DNA of 64,000 bases, taken from assembly GCA_964552005.1 (NCBI GenBank), contig CAZKFC010000002.1, positions 35,188-99,187 on the forward strand. The letters are read 5' to 3'. Position 1 is the first letter of the stretch. Each line of letters starts with the position of its first letter. Origin of the DNA: an uncultured Methanosarcinales archaeon (GTDB lineage Archaea > Nanobdellota > Nanobdellia > Woesearchaeales > GW2011-AR15). The translations under genes were made by a program, and so were the position numbers. Positions 36,839 through 46,554 of the stretch are shown here, in pieces. The notes beneath the pieces are model-generated. The model was not told where the DNA came from and ran no database searches. It saw only the letters and a program-made list of their open reading frames with translations.

Positions 36839-37948
36839 CTATATAGTGGATTTACACGCGTTTTTATATAATGATAGATATTTATTTATAACCTTATTCC
36901 AAGAATATGTAAATATCTTTTTTCTAGCTTTTTTTTGATATTTTTTTAATAATTTTTTATTAGACGTTAAAGATAATAATGCCTTTTCTAATTCATTTAT
37001 ACTTTTCTTTTTTACAAGTATTCCTGAGTTACCTACAACTTCTTGACAGGCTGTCTCTTTTGATGTTATGATTGCATTTGAATACATCATGCCTTCAGCA
37101 AGTACAATGCCAAAACTTTCTTCTGATGAAGGCAAGACAAAAATTGAGCTTTTCTTGTAAAGTTTATGAAGCTCATTTTTTGAAAGCCAGCCCGTAAATT
37201 CTACATTCAGTTTTAAATTTTTGGCTAGTTTCATTAACTCATTTTTGTAATAACCGTCTCCAGCTATAATTATTTTCCAATCTTTTGCTAAATTAGTTGC
37301 CGCTTTTAATAGGTATTGCACGCCTTTCCTTTCAAAAAGCCTTCCTGCATAAAGAACTATTTTTTCTTTTTTCATAATCCCTGGTTTTCTAACATATATT
37401 CCATAGGGAATTACTTTAACATTAGCAAGTTTTTTCTTTGTCAAAATTATATTCTTCATTGTGTTAGACGGTGTATGTATATATGTTGCACTCTTTACAA
37501 TTAAATTCCATATTGGAAAAACTATTTTATGAAGTAATTTGAATTTATCTGGATTATAGCCCGGGACATCTGAACCATGTGAAGATATAATATATTTAAC
37601 TTTGAAAATTTTTTTAAGAGCATATGCTAGAATACTTGTTGGAAGAATAAAATGAGAATGTACTAAATCATATTTGTTTTTTTTCATTAAGACTAAGCTT
37701 TTTAAAAATGCAGAAATTATGTATGTAAACATTTCAAAAGCAGTACTAGACTCTTTTTTATTTCTTATACAAGGAACACGATATACTGTTAAGTTGCCTT
37801 TTCTTTCTATCTTTTTAAGACCTTTATAATACATTGTAACAACATCCACATAATGTTTTTTTGAAAGTTCAGTAGAAAGTTCTTTTGTAAAGGGAGAAGC
37901 ACCTCCTCCTAAAGGAGGATATTCATAATTTAACATCAGGATTTTCAT
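36839..37948 (-). CDS. Glycosyltransferase family 4.
   Basis: GT-B fold with the 'EESFGIVLAEGM' E-x7-E motif. Confidence 0.75.
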   Translation of the reverse strand: MKILMLNYEYPPLGGGASPFTKELSTELSKKHYVDVVTMYYKGLKKIERKGNLTVYRVPCIRNKKESSTAFEMFTYIISAFLKSLVLMKKNKYDLVHSHFILPTSILAYALKKIFKVKYIISSHGSDVPGYNPDKFKLLHKIVFPIWNLIVKSATYIHTPSNTMKNIILTKKKLANVKVIPYGIYVRKPGIMKKEKIVLYAGRLFERKGVQYLLKAATNLAKDWKIIIAGDGYYKNELMKLAKNLKLNVEFTGWLSKNELHKLYKKSSIFVLPSSEESFGIVLAEGMMYSNAIITSKETACQEVVGNSGILVKKKSINELEKALLSLTSNKKLLKKYQKKARKKIFTYSWNKVINKYLSLYKNACKSTI

Positions 37949-37982
37949 TTTCTTTTAAGAATTGAAAATTTTTTAAAAATTT

Positions 37983-38912
37983 TCATTTTATTTTTTCAAT
38001 ATGATAATTCTTTTTATCCCCTAAATAATACATTCTTATTAGAATATCTGCTATTAATCCAAAGATAATAAATTGTATCCCCAACACAACTAACAATATT
38101 GCTAATAATAATAAAGGTCTGTTTGCGATGGCGGCTTTATAAAAAAATTTCAAGTATAATAAATAAAGCCCTGTAAGAACACCAAAAAAACTCATTATAA
38201 TGCCTAAACCACCAAACAGATGTATGGGTCTGGAAGAATATCTTTGCCAAAATGCGACCACCATTAAATCAAGAAACCCTTTCGGCAGCCTAACAAGATT
38301 ATACTTTGTTTTGCCTTTTTTTCTAGGCAAATGATTTACTTTAACTTCTCCTATCTTAAAACCCCTTAATGCCAGTATTTCAGTAATATAGCGGTGCATC
38401 TCGCCATGCAAATCTAAATCCTTGAAGCAATCTTTTTTATAGATCTTTAAAGAACAGCCAGAATCGTGGATCTTATCATTGATAATGAGTTTTCTTAATT
38501 GCCTGGAAAACACAGAAAACAGTTTTTTGGATAGAGCATCTTTTCTTTTAACACGCCATCCTGAAACAACGTCATAGCCTTCTTTTAATTTCTTGATTAA
38601 TTTGGGAATGTCATTAGGATCATTTTGTAAATCCCCGTCTATTGTAATAATATATTTGCCAAGAGCATGTTTAAACCCTGCATCCCATGCAGCTGTCTGG
38701 CCAAAATTTTTCCGGAATTTAATTATTTTAACAGTTTTATCTTTATTATGAAGTTTTTCTAATTCTTTGTAAGTATTATCAGTTGAACCGTCATCTACAA
38801 AAATTATCTCGTATTTTTTTTTTAATTGCCTTAAAACAGGTTTGAGTCTAGAATATAATTCAATAATATTCTTTTCTTCATTATATACAGGTATTATTAT
38901 TGAGTAGTCCAT
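37983..38912 (-). CDS. Glycosyltransferase family 2; dolichyl-phosphate sugar synthase-like (Dpm1/GtrB-like).
   Basis: 'IIIPVYNEEKNI', 'VDDGSTD' and 'IDGDLQNDP' plus a C-terminal TM pair. Confidence 0.78.
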   Translation of the reverse strand: MDYSIIIPVYNEEKNIIELYSRLKPVLRQLKKKYEIIFVDDGSTDNTYKELEKLHNKDKTVKIIKFRKNFGQTAAWDAGFKHALGKYIITIDGDLQNDPNDIPKLIKKLKEGYDVVSGWRVKRKDALSKKLFSVFSRQLRKLIINDKIHDSGCSLKIYKKDCFKDLDLHGEMHRYITEILALRGFKIGEVKVNHLPRKKGKTKYNLVRLPKGFLDLMVVAFWQRYSSRPIHLFGGLGIIMSFFGVLTGLYLLYLKFFYKAAIANRPLLLLAILLVVLGIQFIIFGLIADILIRMYYLGDKKNYHIEKIK

Positions 38913-38988
38913 ATTTTTTTGTTAATAACAAGATTTATTTAAAATTATGTGATTAGATTTAAAAAAAGAGAGTTATTTTAAGGATATT

Positions 38989-39684
38989 ATGAAAAAATAT
39001 TCTCTTCCCTGCTTTAATGAGCCAATAAAAAAATTAATAGGTAAATATGAATCCGGCAAACTTACTATGATATATGGTAATGCTGCATCAGGCAAAACCA
39101 CTTCTTGTTTATTGGCATCTATTGCCTGTGCAAGGAATAAAGGAAAAATTATTTTTGTTGACACAGAAAATGGTTTTGATAGCGAGAGATTAAAACAACT
39201 ATATTATGGAGATCTTAAGGAGATATTAGACAATATTTTTCTTATACAGCCCAAGACGTTTGAAGAACAATTTGAAACAATCTTAAAACTAAAGAAATTG
39301 TGTGAAAATGAATCTATTAAATTAGTTATTGTTGATACTATCGGAAGTTTATATAGGAAGAGATTAAGTGATAATCCTAAAGGAATTAATAAACTAATGG
39401 CTGTTCAAATGGCAAATTTAGTACGTATTGCAAGGGATTTAAACAAAGTTGTTTTAATTACAAATCAAGTAAGCTCTAAAGTAGATGGTACCAACGATAT
39501 AAAGATGGTGGGCGGAAAAATGATGGAAAACCTTTCTAAAGTAATTATCGAACTTAAAAAAAATGATGAGAAAAAGTATGCAAAATTAGTTAAGTATAAG
39601 TATGATGAAGAAAATAAGATTCATCATAATTTAGATGAAAAAATGGAATTTAAAATAAAAAGTAATGGACTTATTCTGGCGTGA
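38989..39684 (+). CDS. radB: RecA-superfamily ATPase, RadB-like.
   Basis: 'MIYGNAASGKTTSCL' Walker A, Walker B 'LVIVDTIGSLY', about 230 aa. Confidence 0.62.
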   Translation: MKKYSLPCFNEPIKKLIGKYESGKLTMIYGNAASGKTTSCLLASIACARNKGKIIFVDTENGFDSERLKQLYYGDLKEILDNIFLIQPKTFEEQFETILKLKKLCENESIKLVIVDTIGSLYRKRLSDNPKGINKLMAVQMANLVRIARDLNKVVLITNQVSSKVDGTNDIKMVGGKMMENLSKVIIELKKNDEKKYAKLVKYKYDEENKIHHNLDEKMEFKIKSNGLILA

Positions 39685-40267
39685 AATCTTCTATTGTATA
39701 TTTAAAATCTTTATCTTTGATTTTGTCTCTTAACTTCAGGTATTCTTTGGTTAATATCCAGAATAGTAATCCAAGGCTTTTTTTACCTTTGTTGTTGCAT
39801 GGGATTACCAAATCAAGGTCGTTTGCCTGGTTATTAGTGTCACACAATGCTAATATAGGTATGCCAATTTTTAATGCGTCCTTAACAACGTTTCTGTCCG
39901 GCCATGGGTCTGTAATAAGAATGACCTTGGCCTCAAGATAATTTTTTAATGCTGGGTTTGTTAAAGTTCCAGGAGGATATCTTCCAGCAAAAACTTTTGC
40001 ACCTGTCAATTTCCCAAACATTTTAACAGGTAGCCAACCGTTCTCACGCCTGCTTGCCACCAAAATTTCTTCAGGTTTGTAGTGTGACAAAAACCTTGCC
40101 AATATCCGTATTCGTTCATCAATTTTTTGCACATTTAATACAGATAAGCCGTCTGGTCTTGTTTTATATATGAATTCTTCCATATACTTAGTTTTAAACT
40201 TTGTACCTATATGGATTCCGGCTTTTAAATAAGTGTCATTTGGAACCAATAATTTTTCTTCAGCCAT
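39671..40267 (-). CDS. rps2: 30S ribosomal protein uS2.
   Basis: 'LLVPNDTYLKAGIHIGTK...LSVLNVQKIDERIRILARFL' is archaeal/eukaryotic S2-like. Confidence 0.85.
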   Translation of the reverse strand: MAEEKLLVPNDTYLKAGIHIGTKFKTKYMEEFIYKTRPDGLSVLNVQKIDERIRILARFLSHYKPEEILVASRRENGWLPVKMFGKLTGAKVFAGRYPPGTLTNPALKNYLEAKVILITDPWPDRNVVKDALKIGIPILALCDTNNQANDLDLVIPCNNKGKKSLGLLFWILTKEYLKLRDKIKDKDFKYTIEDFTPE

Positions 40268-40329
40268 TATTATTCACCTTATTAACAGTAAAGAACTACT
40301 TTACTGCTTCTTTATCGCCTCAGCAGTGT

Positions 40330-40360
40330 TGCAAAAGTCCATTCCTGCCATACTTTTGCA
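40330..40360. terminator. Perfect 9-bp hairpin between the deacetylase gene end and the uS2 start.
   Basis: 'tgcaaaagt-(13 nt)-acttttgca'. Confidence 0.3.
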
Positions 40361-40400
40361 GTTGGCAATAATATCGTGAAGTTATAGAACATTTATAAAG

Positions 40401-41291
40401 TTAACTGTATCCTCCTATTTTAAAATTTAGCAATCTCTCTAAAGTGATATTCGAATTTGAATCAGGGATAACACGGCCAACATATTTTGGAATGTCATCC
40501 ATTTCATAATGATGAAGAACTTCATCCAATGAATCTAAATCAAGAAGAGTTCTCCCTGCTGCAATTCCTGCAATATATTCAATTTCAAAATTTTGACAAC
40601 TCTTATATAAATTCATATTGCCCTCTCTATAATTTGTAGGGGGCCATGAATCACCAAAGGGTGCTATTAAAGTTATCGGTTTTCTTCCAACTGCTTCCTC
40701 AATTCTATTACAGGATTCACCAACTTCATAATCAACTCTTTGTTTGCTTACTCTGGTTAAAGGTGGATGAGTTATTGTGTGTGTAGCAAGTTCCCAACCG
40801 TTTTCACTTAAATTAAGAAGTATTTGCCAGTAATGATCATATTCACTTATCCTTTTGTCTGGCTGAATTCCAATTACTGCTCTCATACATCTATTATCAA
40901 GATATTCAAACATATCCAAATGTTCCTTTCTAATCCAACTAGTCCCAACATCATCTATCGAGATAATAAGGGGCAGTTTATCAAGATACTGAACATCCGT
41001 GAAACCAGAAAGTATATCCTCCTCTATACACAATTTCCTTGAAATCATTTGTATAGATTTATTTCTTCTTTTGATTTCAGCTTTCCAATCTTCATATGTA
41101 ATAGTAAAAAAATTATCTTGTATTAAAGGTATAAGTTCTGGGAAAAATTTTATATTGGCGGAGTGAAGCATTAAAGAAGGAGGTACATCATTTTTCCAAT
41201 CAAACTCAAACCTTTTTGGTTTAACTATGCTCGCGAGAGAATATATTGTACAAGCTTTTATAAATTCTCTGCGTGAAAAGTTCTCTTTCAT
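40401..41291 (-). CDS. Tat-exported polysaccharide deacetylase (NodB homology, CE4).
   Basis: 'SRREFIKA' twin-arginine signal, 'ISIDDVGTS' motif 1 and 'LATHTITHP' H-x3-H. Confidence 0.62.
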   Translation of the reverse strand: MKENFSRREFIKACTIYSLASIVKPKRFEFDWKNDVPPSLMLHSANIKFFPELIPLIQDNFFTITYEDWKAEIKRRNKSIQMISRKLCIEEDILSGFTDVQYLDKLPLIISIDDVGTSWIRKEHLDMFEYLDNRCMRAVIGIQPDKRISEYDHYWQILLNLSENGWELATHTITHPPLTRVSKQRVDYEVGESCNRIEEAVGRKPITLIAPFGDSWPPTNYREGNMNLYKSCQNFEIEYIAGIAAGRTLLDLDSLDEVLHHYEMDDIPKYVGRVIPDSNSNITLERLLNFKIGGYS

Positions 41292-43072
41292 CTCCCTATC
41301 ACAATTCTTTTAGCACCAAGAATAACTTCATAATTAGATTTGTCAACTTCAAAAATATTTACTTCTCCCTGCCGTCTTCTATTTGCTTCAGCAATTAAAA
41401 GCACTGTCTCATTATCATATTCTTTTTTTCCAACAACAGCACCCACATGCCCCACCCTTGTTTCGTAGCTAATAAATAAGTCTCCTGCTTCAACATCATC
41501 AATAGATTGACTGTGAAAATAATAGATACCGTTTTCACTTAACCTCTCTCTACTGCCGTTCCTTATTGATATAGGGATAATATCGGCGGCATTTCCTGGA
41601 AATCCGCCAACGTTTTTTGGGCTCTCTTCATATCCTAAATGTGCCAATAATACAACCCATCCAACACATTGTATGGCTTCTCCCTCTGCTCTAAAGGTAT
41701 TATAGTTTGCAAATCTGAGCCCTCTTTCCAAATAACCAGTTTTCTGTTCAAGTGATTCATACCATTCAGTAGTTTTTAGATAATCTCCTATTCCTTGTGC
41801 TTCACCTGAATTGAACTGTTCTTTTGTTGTCTGCTGACCATATTGATTAATTAAATCAGCAAGAGTTTTAACAGTTGAAATGTATTCATTATTTTGAAAT
41901 TCTTCAGAAAATCTATCTGTTCTACTATCAGGATAAATGATATAGAAAATTTTGTCTTTTTCTGGGACTTCGCCAAATTCAAAATTTCTTACAATTCTAC
42001 TTTGCCTTAATAGGATTGGAACTTCACGAGTTTTTCTGTAAGAATCATATGCTTCTATTATTTCTTCAAGTTTCTCAACCTGATGTTCTGGTTTTTCAGT
42101 TGTCCAGGCATAAGTTAATACTAATCTTGCGTCAGCATCACCTGGATTTCCAAGGCCATCCACAATAATGGGGTGCCCATTTGGAAATACTTGTGCACTA
42201 ATCTTCAAGTAATATGTATCATAATCTTTTGGCATTGTCCATATAAAATCAAACCTTTTATCTAAAGATGCATTAACTTCAACTGTTGCATCAGAGTTTT
42301 CTAAAGTAATTTCAGGATTAGCCGGACCCACCCAGTATTGACTTGTCCATGGATGCATCCATTTTTCAACAAAACTTGCTCCTGTTAATAAGGATGCCTT
42401 TGCCAAAATACTTGCTCCTGCACAAACTCCCCCTCCTCTAACAATAGATCCACTGCTAGTTTTACCTGGTAAAAACCTGCTTCCATTTGATAATTGTAAA
42501 ATATCAATTAATGAATACTCAGTTCCAGGATGAAATCCTTGTTCTTTATCCTGAAATTCAGAAAGATCTTTACTTTCCAGCAAAAGATTAAAAATCTTGT
42601 TCGGATAAAATTCTGACATCATAGTATATTCTCCTAGAATAGTTTCTTCATTCACAACAGAAGAATAAGCTCTAATTGGAAAGTACACAAAAGCATCAAA
42701 GCCCTCATCTGTTACAGCAATAGGCAAAACTTTTTCGCCAGTCACATTATGTAATATCGAAGCCCTCAGTGTTTTATCTCCAATCCTAAAAGAATATTTT
42801 CCTTTGAATCCCAGTTGTATGTTTCCCCCTAGATTTAATTCGATGATGTCTCTGTTGAAATCATAGAAATAATCATCATGCAAAGGAAGCAGATATGTAG
42901 GCATTCCCTTAGCTTCAAGTATGCCCGTAATATCTGAATCGGCATAAATTAATTCAACTGCATCCCCAACAATATTTTCTTCAAACGGCAAATCAGGGAT
43001 AACAATACCGCCTAATAAAGAACTTAATTTTAAAAAAGACCTTCTACTAATCCCTTGCATACACCCCACCAT
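41288..43072 (-). CDS. Tat-exported protein with a C-terminal CHAP/NlpC-P60-like papain-fold amidase domain.
   Basis: 'ISRRSFLK' Tat signal. 'QCVGWVVLLAHLGYE' (Cys) and 'RVGHVGAVVGKK' (His). Overlaps the downstream deacetylase gene by 4 nt. Confidence 0.5.
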   Translation of the reverse strand: MVGCMQGISRRSFLKLSSLLGGIVIPDLPFEENIVGDAVELIYADSDITGILEAKGMPTYLLPLHDDYFYDFNRDIIELNLGGNIQLGFKGKYSFRIGDKTLRASILHNVTGEKVLPIAVTDEGFDAFVYFPIRAYSSVVNEETILGEYTMMSEFYPNKIFNLLLESKDLSEFQDKEQGFHPGTEYSLIDILQLSNGSRFLPGKTSSGSIVRGGGVCAGASILAKASLLTGASFVEKWMHPWTSQYWVGPANPEITLENSDATVEVNASLDKRFDFIWTMPKDYDTYYLKISAQVFPNGHPIIVDGLGNPGDADARLVLTYAWTTEKPEHQVEKLEEIIEAYDSYRKTREVPILLRQSRIVRNFEFGEVPEKDKIFYIIYPDSRTDRFSEEFQNNEYISTVKTLADLINQYGQQTTKEQFNSGEAQGIGDYLKTTEWYESLEQKTGYLERGLRFANYNTFRAEGEAIQCVGWVVLLAHLGYEESPKNVGGFPGNAADIIPISIRNGSRERLSENGIYYFHSQSIDDVEAGDLFISYETRVGHVGAVVGKKEYDNETVLLIAEANRRRQGEVNIFEVDKSNYEVILGAKRIVIGR

Positions 43073-43122
43073 ATACGCGCAAAAAGAAATTTATATTTAA
43101 AAGTAACTATTCTTGAGGTGTA

Positions 43123-44829
43123 TTATTTTTTTCTCTTGATCAGTCTGTAAGTAATCAAAAAAGAAATAGTAAAACTTATTCCTGTTAAAACACCTAGGGA
43201 AAAAGTATTTAAAAGGCTATCTGTTATAGAAGGCAACCCAATCTTTTCTTTCTCAAAATAAATATCAAGATTGCCCAGTTCAATAGCATATTCTAAATAT
43301 AATAAAGCAGAATATTTATCATTTTCTTTTAAAGAATTTGCATACTCATAGTAACTATATGCTAAAATAGGGAAAATATCTTTTTGATTTTGTTTTGCAA
43401 TAATAGATTTAACAATCTGGCTTCTGTCTTCAATTATGTCATCAACTTTATCTATATCAATAGCTAAATTATTTAGGACAACATCAACTTTTGCCTTTGC
43501 AATACTAGCTTTATATAAACATAGTTCAGGATTTCCATTATTATAATCTTCATAAGACTTTCTTACTGCTTGTCTTACATCTATAGTGCTTGTTGGTAAA
43601 TAAATCTCTATATACTGAATGCGTTCTTCAACTTCAGAAATTTTCTTTAAACATGACTCATCAAGTATGTTTTTATTTATTTCAAAAGTTCTGCCTGGCT
43701 TGCTGAAAAAAATTGACCATGAATACGCGCTATTCAATCTTTCAATTCCGTAAGCAAGTTCATACAAACTTGTGTTTGTATTATTTTTTGCCAAATGAAA
43801 TAATGCATTTGTCAAATGTTCTTTTGACTCACTTAATCTATCATTTACAACCATGTAAGTTTCTAGATCTGTTATTGTTTTCAATTGTTTTTTTTTTGTA
43901 TTGTTTTTAAACTCGTTTGCCCTGTCAAACGTTTCAACAATCTTATCTTGAATCTGTTTTTTGTTCAAATTTTCTTTCAGCAGATATTTATACCTTGAAT
44001 TTAATCCAGAGCCAAAACAATAACTGGCTGCAGAATAAAACTCGTTTTTATCCAATGAATTTAGCCCTTTATCTAATAAAGTATATGATGTGTTATTTTT
44101 GTCTGTTTCCCCATAATAAACTTCTTCTATTATGGTTTTGGCCCTTCCACACAATCTTTCTGAAATAGACCTCATAGTTTCCACATAACTTTCACTTAAA
44201 TTAATCGTTGCAATATTACCATAATCTTTCCCTGTCATTATTTTTATGGCTTCTGTCAACTGCGACACTTCAATTATATTAATATCATATTTTTTCCGGT
44301 ATTCTGTCAGGTTTGACTGGTTAACCTGGCTATATTTTGGGATTAAAACCTTATCTAATCCTATTTCTGAAGCCGCGTCAATTTTTTCTAAAATGCCCCC
44401 TACAGGACCGATTATACCTCCACTGTTAATAGTGCCAGTTATTGTCATGGTTTCATCAAGGGGCAGATCTTCTAACACAGATATTGTCAGGACTGCAATT
44501 GCTGCACCCGCGCTAGGCCCGCCTATAATAGCGCTGTTCGCTCTTATGGTATAGAAAAAATCATAATTAGAGCAGTCTTTTTCAAGGAAACTGCATGCAA
44601 CTTCCTTGGCGAACCTCGTAGATATCTGGGTGTCTAGTTTTGATAGTGGAAAAGACTCAATAAAGACCCTGCCCTGGCCTTCATTAACCTCTAAAAACAA
44701 ATCAGCGGCGCTTCCCTTAGGATTAGTTTCTAAATTAGATACTGCAAGCAATTTCATGTGGCCGGACTTAGATAATACTTGTGGCAAAAGTAATATCAAT
44801 ATAATAACAAACAACAATCTTTTTTTCAT
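43123..44829 (-). CDS. Exported Lon-type S16 peptidase domain protein without an AAA+ module, anchored by a C-terminal TM.
   Basis: Signal peptide. 'IGGPSAGAAIAVLTISVL' (Lon catalytic Ser motif) and 'ILEKIDAAS...DKVLIP' (Lys region). No Walker motifs. C-terminal TM 'LGVLTGISFTISFLITY'. Confidence 0.62.
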   Translation of the reverse strand: MKKRLLFVIILILLLPQVLSKSGHMKLLAVSNLETNPKGSAADLFLEVNEGQGRVFIESFPLSKLDTQISTRFAKEVACSFLEKDCSNYDFFYTIRANSAIIGGPSAGAAIAVLTISVLEDLPLDETMTITGTINSGGIIGPVGGILEKIDAASEIGLDKVLIPKYSQVNQSNLTEYRKKYDINIIEVSQLTEAIKIMTGKDYGNIATINLSESYVETMRSISERLCGRAKTIIEEVYYGETDKNNTSYTLLDKGLNSLDKNEFYSAASYCFGSGLNSRYKYLLKENLNKKQIQDKIVETFDRANEFKNNTKKKQLKTITDLETYMVVNDRLSESKEHLTNALFHLAKNNTNTSLYELAYGIERLNSAYSWSIFFSKPGRTFEINKNILDESCLKKISEVEERIQYIEIYLPTSTIDVRQAVRKSYEDYNNGNPELCLYKASIAKAKVDVVLNNLAIDIDKVDDIIEDRSQIVKSIIAKQNQKDIFPILAYSYYEYANSLKENDKYSALLYLEYAIELGNLDIYFEKEKIGLPSITDSLLNTFSLGVLTGISFTISFLITYRLIKRKK

Positions 44830-44937
44830 AGGTGGTGATGAAAGAATAGTACTATATAAGTTTTTGTTTTAATCAATGCTAAAGACAAAATTATTAAAAT
44901 AATAGCTGTTTATCCCATTAAAACAGGTGGTGTTCAT

Positions 44938-45585
44938 ATGAAAATTTTTGTAGATACAGCTGAAGTAGATAAGATTAAACAATTACATGACCTGGGGTTA
45001 GTAGATGGTGTCACAACTAATCCTAGTTTGATAAAAAAGGCAGGAAAAGACCATGAAAAAACCATAAGAAAAATAAGTTCTTTTGTCAAGGGCCCTATCA
45101 GCGTGGAAACGTTAAGCGAGGATGCTAATGGAATGGTAAAAGAAGCAGAAAAATATATCAAATGGGGTAAGAACATTGTTATAAAGATTGTGATGACGCC
45201 AGAGGGAATGAAAGCCACTAAGATATTAAATAAAAAAGGTATAAAAACCAATGTTACATTGGTATTTTCCCCGTTGCAAGCCTTGATAGCTGCGAAAGCA
45301 GGCGCAACTTATGTCAGTCCGTTTATTGGCAGACTAGATGACATTGGAAAAGATGGCATGGAAGTTATTGACCAAACCAGATATATATTTGATAATTACG
45401 GATATAAAACACAAATACTAGCTGCCAGCATCAGAAATATCACACATGTTTTAGAATCTGCCCTGATTGGAGCAGATGCTGCTACAATTCCTCCAAAGAT
45501 TTTGTTTGAAATGTATAAACATCCATTGACAGATAAAGGAATAAAAAAGTTTCTGGCAGATGCAAAGCAGTGGAAAAAGCAATAG
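44938..45585 (+). CDS. Fructose-6-phosphate aldolase / transaldolase (TalC/Fsa subfamily).
   Basis: '[14 protein letters not shown]...GVTTNPSLI' and '[11 protein letters not shown]' with a typical length of about 215 aa. Confidence 0.85.
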   Translation: MKIFVDTAEVDKIKQLHDLGLVDGVTTNPSLIKKAGKDHEKTIRKISSFVKGPISVETLSEDANGMVKEAEKYIKWGKNIVIKIVMTPEGMKATKILNKKGIKTNVTLVFSPLQALIAAKAGATYVSPFIGRLDDIGKDGMEVIDQTRYIFDNYGYKTQILAASIRNITHVLESALIGADAATIPPKILFEMYKHPLTDKGIKKFLADAKQWKKQ

Positions 45586-45678
45586 AGAATGGGTCCCCCT
45601 AGATTAAAACAAGATTTTTTTGTTAAATCATTGCAAAGACAAGCCCGCAGTTACTGCACTTGCTACAATAAGTATCTT

Positions 45679-45705
45679 CACAAGGTATAATCCTTGTGCT
45701 TTTAC
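45679..45705 (+). terminator. Hairpin plus U-rich tail downstream of the transaldolase gene; a candidate intrinsic terminator.
   Basis: 'cacaagg-tataat-ccttgtg' forms a perfect 7-bp stem followed by 'cttttac'. Confidence 0.35.
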
Positions 45706-45802
45706 AGTTCGGACATAAATCTTCTTTATCTAGGTTCATAAAATGTTAAAAAAGATTTTACATTTTAATATGTTATCTTTAAGCGATAAAGTATGACTTT
45801 TA

Positions 45803-46122
45803 AGAAGGTGTAGAGCAGTTATAAGCCACCTTTTGTCAAACTTAACGCATCTCTGCATTAATAGTTTGTCTTAACATTCAACTTAGCCTCTCAAAGGAGT
45901 TGCACAAGCAAGGGCTCACCGTTTCATCCTTTCCTGAAAAAATGTCAAGAGGTTATCTCAGGATTGTCGCCAATCCCTTCGCATCCATCATCCTATTTTC
46001 AGGCGGTTTCGTTTCTGAGTGGTTGCCATCCTTTTCAGGATCTCGCTTCCACGAGTTGCCTTTTGTAGTGGGTGGACTTTCCTCACATTAAATGCGAAAG
46101 TTAAGCACTGCCCTACAGTATT
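45803..46122 (-). ncRNA. rnpB: RNase P RNA (archaeal, reduced type).
   Basis: On the minus strand, in order: P1 (UGUAGGGCAGU pairing with ACUGCUCUACA), P2 (CUUAAC/GUUAAG), CR-I 'GAGGAAAGUCCACC' (plus 46074–46084), CR-II-like 'GGAUGAAACGGUG', CR-IV-like 'UGUGCAAC', CR-V 'ACAAAAGGUGGCUUAU' (plus 45821–45836). The P4 5'-AGUCCACC pairs with GGUGGCUU and keeps the same U·C mismatch as E. coli. GC content is locally elevated. The overlapping ORF 45900..46091 is spurious. Confidence 0.62.
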
Positions 46123-46198
46123 AAGAAGAAATTTTTTGTTTAAAAAATTATTTGTTTAAGATATGAAAATATTGAACTTTAAAAATTCTGAAGAATTT

Positions 46199-46489
46199 TT
46201 ATTTCTTTTTTTCTAATTTATTTACTTTTTCTTCAAGATTATCCAATTTTTTTAGTATTTGTTTAAAATACGGACTTCTTGACTGTGTGGTTTTTTGTTC
46301 CTGACTAAAAAAACCTAGCTTGTCTTCAATGTAACCAAACAAAAACATTCCAATCATACCAATAATAAAAAGCGGAATTATCCACTGTTGTATCCGGATA
46401 TCAATATTATACTTTTCAAGATTGGAAAGGAAAAGAAAAAGTATCATTGCTGTATTTATTAAACTAATATAACTGCTTGTCCTTCTCAT
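46199..46489 (-). CDS. Small membrane protein with a C-terminal coiled coil. Start moved to internal Met-55 to avoid an antisense overlap.
   Basis: Two TMs then 'LKKLDNLEEKVNKLEKKK'. The longer track ORF would overlap the ArsR gene on the opposite strand by 97 nt. Confidence 0.3.
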   Translation of the reverse strand: MRRTSSYISLINTAMILFLFLSNLEKYNIDIRIQQWIIPLFIIGMIGMFLFGYIEDKLGFFSQEQKTTQSRSPYFKQILKKLDNLEEKVNKLEKKK

Positions 46490-46554
46490 ATAGACTTTCA
46501 GCTGAATAAACAAATTCCTTAACTTAACAAATATTTTTTTCACTTTAAAGTGAG

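Noticed and set aside
45900-46091. Track ORF of 63 aa on the plus strand in the GC-rich intergenic island.
   Set aside because: It lies entirely within the minus-strand RNase P RNA; the reading frame is a by-product of the GC-rich structured RNA.
45880-46135. Considered an SRP (7S) RNA for the same GC-rich island, based on a weak 'CAGGAAAGGAUGAAACGG' resemblance to helix 8.
   Set aside because: No clean GNRA-capped helix 8 could be drawn. The RNase P conserved regions, the P4 covariation and P1 closure explain the sequence much better.
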